Of a stretch of DNA of 32,000 nucleotides, positions 9,730 to 18,500 are shown piece by piece. Under the pieces are notes generated by a model that saw only the letters and a program-made list of their open reading frames with translations, ran no database searches and was not told the origin of the DNA. Source of the DNA: Acaryochloris marina S15 (GTDB lineage: Bacteria > Cyanobacteriota > Cyanobacteriia > Thermosynechococcales > Thermosynechococcaceae). How positions within the stretch are numbered: position 1 is the stretch's first letter; every line of letters starts with the position of its first letter. The position numbers were made by a program, and so were the translations under genes. The stretch is taken from the NCBI RefSeq assembly GCF_018336915.1, contig NZ_CP064924.1, positions 120,001 to 152,000 of the forward strand, read 5' to 3'.

Positions 9730-11463
9730 ATGGCTCATCGTAAACGTTTATCTTTTCTGAGTAAATTTTATGACCTACGTCTTCTACGATGGTTCTCCAT
9801 CGCTCTATTGACGACTTGTTTAATCGTTATTGGTCACAATGGCCCTCTCTCTGTTACAGCCCAAACACAACAAACAGCAGCGATTCAAGTTGATGGAGTC
9901 ACACTGTTTCAAGTTAGCTCTTCTGAAGATTTTCCTGCTGAAAAACGTGCCAAAGATGTGAATACCCTTTTGCAAAAGCTCATTAAATCACCTGCTACTG
10001 CTACCATAACCATTGATAATTCTGAAAATCTGCCCGTTCTTAAAGTCAATCAAGGGAATGATCAGGAAAGTCTCTACTTACTCTCTATCAATCGACGAGA
10101 TGCTCAAGGCAATCCACTTCAGGCAACGGCGTCAGACTGGCGTCAGAAAATTCAAAAAGCGATTGATCGGGGTAAAGATGAACGGGCAAATATCGGATTA
10201 CTGGTTTGGCAGTCTGCGGCATGCTTGGTCTTCGCCGTTATTATCCATTGGCTATTAGGAAGATTCTGGCGGAGAAAATTAGTTGGTTTACTTCCCCAGG
10301 CTACTGTTGACCCAACGACTGGACAACAACCCCAGAGCCTACAGTTCTTAATCAAGGTCATTCTCTTTCTGCTTAGGCTTGCACTTTGGTTATGGGCTAT
10401 TAGCTATATCGGAGAGCTACTTCCCTGGACTCGGATTTGGATAAATCGAGTGATCAGTGTTCTGACAGAAACTTTTGGAACTCAGTTCATTCCTGCGGGG
10501 AATAGATCTTATTCTGTTTCAGACGTTGCCCTGTTGATAATTTTGCTAGTGTGCGTACTTAATCTTGCTCGAACAGTACAGCACTTGCTACGAACAAGAG
10601 TACTTAGCGCCACAGGACTAAGTCGGGGGGCGCAAGAAGCGGTTGCTTTTGTCGCAAACTATGTCTTGCTATTTCTGGGGACATTGGTTTTGCTACAGTT
10701 ATGGGGTTTTGACTTAAGCACCTTAACTGTTTTTGCTAGTGTTCTAGGTGTTGGGATAGGTCTGGGTTTACAAGGGTTTGCTAAAAACTTCATTAGTGGG
10801 ATGGTCCTGATCTTTGAACAACCGATCAAGGTAGGTGACTTCGTCAAAGTTGGAGAATACCAAGGAACTGTGGAGCGAATCAATGTACGAAGTACTGAAT
10901 TAAGGACCCTTGATCAAGTTTCCATCATTGTTCCAAACTCAGAACTATTAGAATCTAAAGTGTTGGATTGGGACCATGGATCATCTATTTCTCGTCTGCA
11001 AATTCCAGTAAAGGTTGCTTATAGTGCAAGTCCAACCACTGTTAGAGAAGCCTTGATGGATGCCGCCAGGGATTACTCAAGTATTCTCAAAGATCCTCCC
11101 CCGCGCGTATTTTTTACTGAATTTGGAGATCACTCGTTAAATTTCTTACTATTGGTTTGGGTTGATGAACCTCAAAAGCAATTTGCCATCAAAAGTGATC
11201 TAAATTTTAGAATCGAGACTATTCTCAGACATCGAAAAATTGAAATCCCTCTGCCACAAAGAGACTTAAATATTCGCTCCGGCACGTTGCCGTTAGGTTT
11301 ACCAGATGAGTTAACCACGTCATTGACTGAACTCTCTCAGTGTATGCAGGCATGGGTAAAACTGCAGGCTCTCTCTCTAAATACAGAACCAAAAACAAAT
11401 TTCAATCCTAATCCATTACCAAATTCCCAAGAAGATTCTTCGGTTCAAGATGAGAACAAATAG
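9730..11463 (+). CDS. Mechanosensitive ion channel, MscS family (paralog 2)
   Basis: 577 aa. The core reads SVLGVGIGLGLQGFAKNFISGMVLIFEQPIKVGDFVKVGEYQGTVERINVRSTELRTLDQVSIIVPNSEL. It has the same N-terminal domain layout as paralog 1 (VDGVTLFQV... versus LDGRRLFQI...). Confidence 0.88.
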   Translation: MAHRKRLSFLSKFYDLRLLRWFSIALLTTCLIVIGHNGPLSVTAQTQQTAAIQVDGVTLFQVSSSEDFPAEKRAKDVNTLLQKLIKSPATATITIDNSENLPVLKVNQGNDQESLYLLSINRRDAQGNPLQATASDWRQKIQKAIDRGKDERANIGLLVWQSAACLVFAVIIHWLLGRFWRRKLVGLLPQATVDPTTGQQPQSLQFLIKVILFLLRLALWLWAISYIGELLPWTRIWINRVISVLTETFGTQFIPAGNRSYSVSDVALLIILLVCVLNLARTVQHLLRTRVLSATGLSRGAQEAVAFVANYVLLFLGTLVLLQLWGFDLSTLTVFASVLGVGIGLGLQGFAKNFISGMVLIFEQPIKVGDFVKVGEYQGTVERINVRSTELRTLDQVSIIVPNSELLESKVLDWDHGSSISRLQIPVKVAYSASPTTVREALMDAARDYSSILKDPPPRVFFTEFGDHSLNFLLLVWVDEPQKQFAIKSDLNFRIETILRHRKIEIPLPQRDLNIRSGTLPLGLPDELTTSLTELSQCMQAWVKLQALSLNTEPKTNFNPNPLPNSQEDSSVQDENK

Positions 11464-11475
11464 GGTATGCTCTGG

Positions 11476-11964
11476 CTAAACAGCATTAAAACTGAAAATA
11501 TTCTCCTTATACTCTTCCTCACCTGATACCACCAGATCAGCCACCGCAGCACCAGACTCAACCAGCTCTTCATGAGTCGGCATGACATTAGCCTGCCATT
11601 CCTGAATCACACTAGACTCTGACCTCAGTTTCTCCTTACCATCCCTAATAATCCTGCAATTCATCCGCAGATCATCTGGAGTCTCGACGTAAACCTTGAA
11701 GTCCAGATATTCCAGGATTTCGGATAGGGTTAGCACAAAGATGCCCTCAACAATAATGATCGGATGTGGATGGACTAGCTCAGTCTCTCTTTTCCGGGAA
11801 TTGGTGATCATGTCATAAACAGGCAATTCCGCAGAGTAACTAGACCGCAGCCATTTCAGATGAGTGATCATCAATCCCGTGTCCAGAGCTTCTGGGAGAT
11901 CGTAGTTGCCACAGGGCATATAGCGATAATAGCGATCGTGGCTGAGAAGCAAGGGCACAGCCAT
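11476..11964 (-). pseudogene. Uridine kinase / phosphoribulokinase-family protein lacking the P-loop (N-terminally truncated)
   Basis: The 162-aa ORF begins MAVPLLLSHDRYYRY... and aligns by eye to Udk from the D.YY motif onward (NYDLPEALD, ELPVYDM, IIIVEGIF, DFKVYVETPDDLRMNCRIIRD). The Walker A segment that normally precedes D.YY is absent. The upstream in-frame sequence contains TGA, TAA and TAG. Confidence 0.7.
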
Positions 11965-12022
11965 TGTAGCTATACTCTATCCCAACAACCTTTAAGTTCA
12001 CGGCACGGTCGATCGAGATGTA

Positions 12023-12985
12023 CTAAGGTATATTTAGCTTCCGCCCAGAAACTAAATACATTACTGCTCCACCGCTTGTATGAAATTTTTCATTGAGAAG
12101 AGATTGTTCAACTGACTTGTTTTTTCTCAACATCTGCACCCAGTAATCTGTAAAACCCTGATCAGTTCCACCACCTGCTAGATAATATCGTAGAGATTTA
12201 TCTCGACTCCAACGCCCTCGCTCAACCCAATCCAAATATAGCTGCTTTGAAACTTGTTGTTCTCTAGATGCATAGGGAGGAAATAGAGGAGATACCTTAT
12301 CAGATATGTATGTTTGGATGTTTTGTAGCCCAAGCTGAGAGAAATAACCAGGAATCAAGTCTCCCAGTGAACTATTGCCTTCACCTAAGTTAGATTTTCC
12401 CCGTTCACAGATCGCATGAAATTCTACATCCTTGCAAATCTGCTCTATCGGTTCTCCCGCGCTTAAGTTACTAAATATCAGTACACCTGCTAAGTTATTA
12501 GGCTCTGCTACGGCAAGCAGTCCCCCTGGCTTCAGGACACGCATCATTTCCCTCAATACTGTAGTGGGATTAGCTATGTGAATTAGAACTGTTTGGCAAG
12601 TCACTAAATCGAATTGGCAATCCGGGAAAGGGATTGCATTAGCATTACCTTGTGCATAGCTGAACCGTTTCTCTATCCCAAGATCTTGTGCTCGTCGTTC
12701 TGCTTCTTCTACCCATTTGGGTTCTTGATCAATTCCAACCACAGTGGTGTGAACTGGCAGGATTTGAGAGAGAACTTGTCCCCAATGCCCTTGGCCACAG
12801 CCAACATCTAGCACTGTGTTAACATCCTCAACTTTCCATCTTCGCCCCATCAACTGCAAAAAGTCTAGATTCCACCAGAAGTCTCGCGCTTCACCAAAAT
12901 AGTCTGCTGAATGAAGCTTCTTCCCAGTCTGCTCAAACACTAGAACTCTCCAAAAAAAATGCTGATGCTTAAAAGTCGATTTCAT
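12023..12985 (-). CDS. Class I SAM-dependent methyltransferase
   Basis: 320 aa. Motif I is VLDVGCGQGHWG, followed by an acidic loop VVGIDQ, FDLVTCQTVLIHI, and motif post-II LKPGGLLAVAEP. Confidence 0.85.
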   Translation of the reverse strand: MKSTFKHQHFFWRVLVFEQTGKKLHSADYFGEARDFWWNLDFLQLMGRRWKVEDVNTVLDVGCGQGHWGQVLSQILPVHTTVVGIDQEPKWVEEAERRAQDLGIEKRFSYAQGNANAIPFPDCQFDLVTCQTVLIHIANPTTVLREMMRVLKPGGLLAVAEPNNLAGVLIFSNLSAGEPIEQICKDVEFHAICERGKSNLGEGNSSLGDLIPGYFSQLGLQNIQTYISDKVSPLFPPYASREQQVSKQLYLDWVERGRWSRDKSLRYYLAGGGTDQGFTDYWVQMLRKNKSVEQSLLNEKFHTSGGAVMYLVSGRKLNIP

Positions 12986-13016
12986 TCACGAATCTAGAGA
13001 CCAGTATTGCAGCTCT

Positions 13017-13172
13017 TTATCCCAAGGTTCCAGGCAGATGGCTGATGAATAGTGGGTTATGAAACTGATTGACCAGAGCTGGGATGGTCTTGCCTGCACC
13101 ACTACCGCTAGCAATATCGATGTCCATGCACTGCGATAGATAATGATACCGATCCTGGCCATTGGTAAACAT
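13017..13172 (-). pseudogene. 51-codon relic encoding a kinase P-loop (possible 5' part of the truncated Udk-like gene)
   Basis: Hand translation of the minus strand from ATG 13172 gives MFTNGQDRYHYLSQCMDIDIASGSGAGKTIPALVNQFHNPLFISHLPGTLG*. IASGSGAGKT is a near-canonical Walker A, as in Udk IGIAGxSxSGK[ST]. PLFISH parallels PLLLSH at the start of ORF 11964-11476. It is too short to appear in the ORF track. Confidence 0.4.
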
Positions 13173-13350
13173 ATTTTCTCAGCCTCATGCATAGTTAGAA
13201 ATTGGTCGCTTGAGCATTATGTAGTGAACTCGTCTTGACGCAGTTACCAAAAAGACTGAAACTTTCAAAAATATAAGATTCAGAATATAGTTCAGTTCTT
13301 AAAGGTACAGTTAGTATTGCTTCAATCTTTCTCCAAGCACCCCCTTCTTA

Positions 13351-14133
13351 GTGAGTGATGTCAATATGGCGAAATGCCGAATAATAGCAATATTCAATCA
13401 AGCCGGAGGCGTGGGTAAAACTACTATCACAATGAATCTTGGATATCACCTTGCTACTCATTCCAAAAAGGTTCTCCTAGTGGATATGGATCCACAGGCT
13501 TCCTTGACCAATTTTATGGGCTTAGAGGTAACTGAACTTAAAACAACAATATATGACGCACTAATGGCTGAAGATGTCGTGGACATTGAAGTATATTCCA
13601 ATATACATGGAATGGATCTAGCTCCTTCCAACATCAATTTATCTAATGCGGAACAAGAATTAGTGCTAGCTGAGCAACGTGAAATTAGACTGAAGGAACC
13701 GCTTTCAAAATTACAGGGTGATTACGATTTCATTTTGATTGATTGCCCTCCAAGTCTAGGGATCCTTAGTTATATCAGCTTAGTTGCTGCTACTGATGTT
13801 CTTGTTCCAATCCAAACACAGTTTAAATCTTTAATGGGAACTGATTTCCTATTGAGTACAGTCAGTAAGGTTCAAAAAAGACTGAATAAGAATTTGAAGT
13901 TTGCTGGATTTTGGCCAACTATGTATTCTGCTGGCAACGTTTTGGATAACCGGACACTTGAGACAATTACTGAGCAACTATCCCAAATTGCAACAATTTT
14001 TACTCCACTCCCTCGTGCTACTGCACTTGCAGAAGCATCTGAATATGGTCTCCCTTTAGCTCTCGCACCAAAAAAGAATAAACAGATTCTCCAAATATTT
14101 GATGAAGTGTCAACACTTATTGAAGATCTATAG
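13351..14133 (+). CDS. parA: ParA/Soj-type partition ATPase
   Basis: The deviant Walker A reads IAIFNQAGGVGKTTITMNLG, followed by LLVDMDPQASLT and ILIDCPPSLG. The start may be ATG 13366 rather than GTG 13351. Confidence 0.92.
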   Translation: MSDVNMAKCRIIAIFNQAGGVGKTTITMNLGYHLATHSKKVLLVDMDPQASLTNFMGLEVTELKTTIYDALMAEDVVDIEVYSNIHGMDLAPSNINLSNAEQELVLAEQREIRLKEPLSKLQGDYDFILIDCPPSLGILSYISLVAATDVLVPIQTQFKSLMGTDFLLSTVSKVQKRLNKNLKFAGFWPTMYSAGNVLDNRTLETITEQLSQIATIFTPLPRATALAEASEYGLPLALAPKKNKQILQIFDEVSTLIEDL

Positions 14134-15072
14134 ATGAACCGTCAAAAGCATCCTCCGGCCAAACGATCCATGCTGAATAACGTTTCTTTATTCACTGATG
14201 ATGACGATCCATCAGTGAAATCAGATCAATTGCTTATTAGTAAAATTAGCTTGCCCTCTGAACAACCACGTCGATATTTTGACGTAAAAAAGATGGATCA
14301 GCTATGCCAGTCAATCAAAAAACATGGGATTCTAGAAAATCTAATTGTTCGACCTTCTCCTAAGAGGGCAGATCGGTATGAACTTATTGCAGGTGAAAGA
14401 CGATACAGAGCTGCGAAAAAAGTTGGACTTAAAGAAGTACCAGTAAAGATACTTACGATAGACGATGAACAAGCTCTTCAAATAGCACTAGTTGAAAATC
14501 TTCAGAGAGAGGATCTCAACCCAGTAGAAGAGACTGAAAGCATCTTGCAACTACTTTCAATTCATCTAGACAAGCCAATTCCAGAGACTGTTTCGCTTCT
14601 TCATCGAATGCTAGATGAGGTTAAAGGTAAAGTTCCCCATAACGTTATGGGGAACAACGTAGTTGAGGCTGTGGAAGAGTTATTTACAGGTCTAGGACGC
14701 ATGGGATGGAAATCCTTTGTAGTCAACCGACTCCCTTTATTAAAACTCCCCTCAGAAATTCTTGAAGCATTGAGAGGGGGCAAGCTTGCTTATACAAAAG
14801 CGATAGCCATTTCCCGAGTCAAGGATGAGCAGGCCAGATCGAATGTATTGCATGAGTCAATTGAGAAGAATCTCTCTCTCTCAGAGATCAAAGCAATCAT
14901 CAATGGATTAAAATCGTCAGCGAACAAAAAAGTTCCAAAGACTGTTCAAAAATTTTACGATCGAGTATCTATAGTCACAACCAGACTCAAGAAATCCCAG
15001 GCTTGGACTGATAAGAATAAGCGGAAGCAAGCTGAATTGCTTCTAAAAGAATTAGAAAGTTTAGCTGAGTAA
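14134..15072 (+). CDS. parB: ParB/Spo0J-family partition protein
   Basis: The ParB N-terminal motifs are ENLIVRP...YELIAGERRYRAAKKVGLKEVPV and ALVENLQREDLNPVEE. The start codon directly abuts the parA stop (tagATG). Confidence 0.9.
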   Translation: MNRQKHPPAKRSMLNNVSLFTDDDDPSVKSDQLLISKISLPSEQPRRYFDVKKMDQLCQSIKKHGILENLIVRPSPKRADRYELIAGERRYRAAKKVGLKEVPVKILTIDDEQALQIALVENLQREDLNPVEETESILQLLSIHLDKPIPETVSLLHRMLDEVKGKVPHNVMGNNVVEAVEELFTGLGRMGWKSFVVNRLPLLKLPSEILEALRGGKLAYTKAIAISRVKDEQARSNVLHESIEKNLSLSEIKAIINGLKSSANKKVPKTVQKFYDRVSIVTTRLKKSQAWTDKNKRKQAELLLKELESLAE

Positions 15073-15085
15073 ATACCTATTAAGG

Positions 15086-15478
15086 GTGAGTCACATGATC
15101 ACCTACACCAAGACGACCCATGATCGCATCCTCCACCTGAGCTATCAAGTCTTACGACCAGGCTTTTCAATTGCAGAGGTCATCTTTCCAGAAGACCAAG
15201 ACCAGGAAACTCAACATTATGGGGCATTCGATCACCGAGGAGAAGTAATCTGCTGCATTACTCTCATTCTCTCGACTTGGCAGGGTAAACCCGCTTGGTG
15301 GCTAAGGGCAATGGCGACCGCTCCAGCCTGGAGGAACCAGGGGATTGGTACCAGAATGATCCGATACCTACTGGAAGACCTTCAAGAGTCTGATCTGGCC
15401 AGGCCGATATGGGGCATGTCCCCACCCATTCTTAAACATTCCTACAATCGCTTGCCCTCAACCGCCATACCTGTTTAA
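15086..15478 (+). CDS. GNAT-family N-acetyltransferase (small, possibly C-terminally shortened)
   Basis: The acetyl-CoA motif A region reads LRAMATAPAWRNQGIGTRMIRYLLEDL. At 130 aa, the C-terminal end (IWGMSPPILKHSYNRLPSTAIPV) is shorter than I expect for GNATs. Confidence 0.65.
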   Translation: MSHMITYTKTTHDRILHLSYQVLRPGFSIAEVIFPEDQDQETQHYGAFDHRGEVICCITLILSTWQGKPAWWLRAMATAPAWRNQGIGTRMIRYLLEDLQESDLARPIWGMSPPILKHSYNRLPSTAIPV

Positions 15479-15520
15479 ATCGTCACAACACATCAAAACT
15501 TGACGACTTAACTGAATCTG

Positions 15521-18500
15521 ATGTCGCAGCAAGACGACCTTGCCGAATTGTTCGCGGCTGAGTTCTTGGCGGGCAAAGCCTACGCTTCCATCGTAGAAGC
15601 CCGAAACCAGGCATCTCAGTTGCTGAATCAACCCGTGCATCCTGGCAGTCCCCTAGCAAAACTGGTGGATGAGTCAGTTGAAGCGGGGTTAGTTCGTGCT
15701 GCAAGGACGATCATCGGCCACTCTGAAGATCCTCTGAAAACATACACAGATCTAATCGACCTCACTGATCGCCAGCCCAGGCTAGCAGTCCGATCATCAA
15801 CTAGCGTCAAACAGCAGGCATACTCGACCCCGCTCCCCCTCGCCTATCTTGCGGCTAACCTCGCAGGAATTACGGCTGAGTCCTCTGTATATGAACCGAG
15901 TGCTGGGCATGGGGCATTAGTCCTGAATGCTACTCCTGAGAACTGTACAGTCAACGAACTGAACCCAGACCGGGCAGCAGATCTTAGACGGCAGGGTTTT
16001 ACCGTTACGGAGCAGGATGCCTCCACCTACTTGCCAGAGCAGCTCCATGACGTTGTGATTGCCAACCCTCCCTATGGTCGCATTTGGGGAGACGACAAAA
16101 GGGCTAAGCACTTTAAGACACCTGGCAATTCACGAGGCACTAGCCAGATTGATCAGGCGATTTCACTCCAGGCACTCCAAGTCATGAAGCCTGATGGTCG
16201 AGGGGTTTTGCTTTTGGGAGGCAAACCGGAAACAGACCCAGGGGAGAGAGCTGAAGCCTACAACACTATAGAAAGTCGGGGGTTCTTCTATGCGTTGTAT
16301 CAGCAGTACAACGTTACCCAGCACATCACGGTTGCTAGAGACTTGTACAAGAAACAGGGGGCACACTGGCCGCTGGACTTGATTGTAATTGAGGGAAGGG
16401 GGAAATCACAGCTACCTCTCCCCGCAGTGGAACCGCCTAAAATCTATGAATCATTTGAGGAATTGCGAGGACTATTAAATGACTCAATCCAGGCGACTAC
16501 CCAGCTACCAAGATTACCTGAAGTTCACAAAGGTCTGGATGCCCAAGGCACAGGGGGACCAGGCAATATTCTTGGTGAGAGTGCCAACAGATCTAGAGTC
16601 GATGGATCTGAGAGATTACCTGGAGTTGATGAACTGTCGGATGGAATGGATGTTCGAGAGTTGGATGAAGGACTTTGGGGAGACTCAGGAGGAACTTCAC
16701 CAGATGCTAACCAACACATTATTTCAACTGAATCCGGTCCAGAGTCCACCCATGCTTTACGAGGGGGGAGGAGAGACCAAAGAATTGATCCCAGTATGGG
16801 CGATGGCATATCAGTGGGGAGCCAGCCTCCTAGAATTCAACGAAACTTGGATGAATTGGTTCCTGCTGACCAATCCAGAAGTGGACTTCCCAGTGGATCT
16901 GACACTGCCTCCACCCATGTCCCAGGAGTCCTTGATGGCGAAGCACGACGAAGTGACAATCGATCAATTTCTGATGGAATTGAGAGCAGAATTCAAGTAA
17001 ACGATACCTTCATTGAGGATAGTGACATGGCAGCAGAGTTCAATACTGCTTATGTTCCCCGCAGCAAAGGCCGTAGCCCTAACACATTGATTCCTACTAA
17101 CATGGCTGTTTCTGCTCAGCAAGCATTAGATCGCTTCGAGCAAGAGCATGGAGATATCGACGAGTTTGTAATGGATCGCTTGGGATATGACTCCAAGGGA
17201 CAAATGTATGATGTCCTTTACGCCGAGCAAATTGACTCTCTCGCCCTGGCCTTTGACCAAAAAGACAAGGGCAAAATTTTCCTTAATGGTGACCAAACGG
17301 GAAACGGTAAAGGACGATTCGGAGCAGCCAATATTATTGATGCCCAGCGACAGGGCTATATTCCCATCTTTGTTACCCAGAAACCCAACCTCTATGCCTC
17401 CATGATCCAGGACTTGGCTGATATCGGCAGGCCAGGTTTTTCGCCTTTCATGACAGATTCCGAGTTAGATTTGCATCTTGAAGATGGTAGAACCTTAAGA
17501 ACCTCTGGACTCAAGGATCAAGAAAACGAGATGCATCGCCTCACCCAAATCGGACTAGGGGGATATGATGCAATTTTCACGTCTTACAACCAGCTTCAAA
17601 CAATTAGCAAAAAAGAACCCTATAGACGGCAGTTTCTACGAGCATTAGCAAGTCGGGCAGTGTTTATTTTTGATGAAGCTCACGAGGCAGGCGGTGGTTC
17701 ATCAAGTCAGAGTTGGAAGAGTAGTAATGCTGCACCTAATCGTGCTGAATTTGTGCGAGAGCTGGTTGATGCTTCGGCAGGTACTGTCTTCATGTCTGCA
17801 ACCGCTACCAAGAATCCAGCGGTCATGGATCTCTACGCGAGACGAACCGATGCCATTCATGCCGTTAACAGCATGGATAATCTAGAGAATACGCTTAAGG
17901 CTGGCGGCATCCCACTTCAGCAAATGATGGCAACTCAGTTTGTTAGCTCTGGGAATATGCTTCGCCGCGAGAGAACGTTCGAGAATATTAGCTTTAGTGC
18001 TAAGACCGTTCCTGTAGATCACGGGATTGCAGATAACATTGCCGCAATTATGCGAGGGATTGATCGGTTTGATCGAGCCAAGAGTAAAGCAATGGAGGAG
18101 CTTAACAAAGAAGTCAGAAAAGAAGCCAAATCAGCTAGCGAAGATAATGCAATCGGAAAATCCGGTGCATCTTCATTAAATTTCACTTCGTTGATGCACA
18201 ACGCCATTGACCAAGGGCTGCTCTCCCAAAAAGCAGAGGCGACTGTTCAAGAAGCTATTGCTGCACTGAAGCGAGGTGAGAAACCATTAATCGCTGTTGC
18301 CAATACAATGAATTCCTTTATTGCAGACTATGCAAAAGATAGGGAGATCAAAACTGGCGATGCAATTAATGTGACGTTTGGGGATGTATTAGAGCGATAC
18401 TTAACTCGCTCCAAAGATGTTCAAATCACTGATTATCAAGGCATCTCTGATACTCGCCCTATGACGGAAGCAGAGCTAGGAGTCGAAGCAGTTGAAGCAT

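Noticed and set aside
12986-13192. 68-aa ORF abutting the methyltransferase start (TGA/ATG adjacency), which at first looked like a coupled upstream gene
   Set aside because: It has no recognisable features. A different frame of the same DNA encodes a Walker-A-containing relic (13172-13017) that is biologically interpretable, so the 68-aa frame is probably fortuitous.
13234-13291. Possible sigma-70-type promoter upstream of parA (TTCAAA-16 nt-TATAGT at 13264-13291, and ttgacg at 13234)
   Set aside because: AT-rich intergenic DNA yields many such hexamer pairs. Without transcript-start data I do not consider it a supportable feature.
16479-17000. A 173-aa ORF in the +1 frame, fully inside the giant ORF, plus an antisense 94-aa ORF at 16525-16809. 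The +1 translation looks superficially protein-like (DYLELMNCRMEWMFESWMKDFGETQEEL...).
   Set aside because: The alternative frame has about 8% Met and 4% Trp. That is what out-of-frame reading of a GAT-GGA / GAT-GAA rich (D/G/E/S) disordered linker produces (gat gga read as atg g..). The main frame is continuous with conserved MTase and helicase domains on both sides. The +1 frame's 173 stop-free codons remain slightly surprising. Comparing homologues across this linker would settle whether compensating frameshifts exist.
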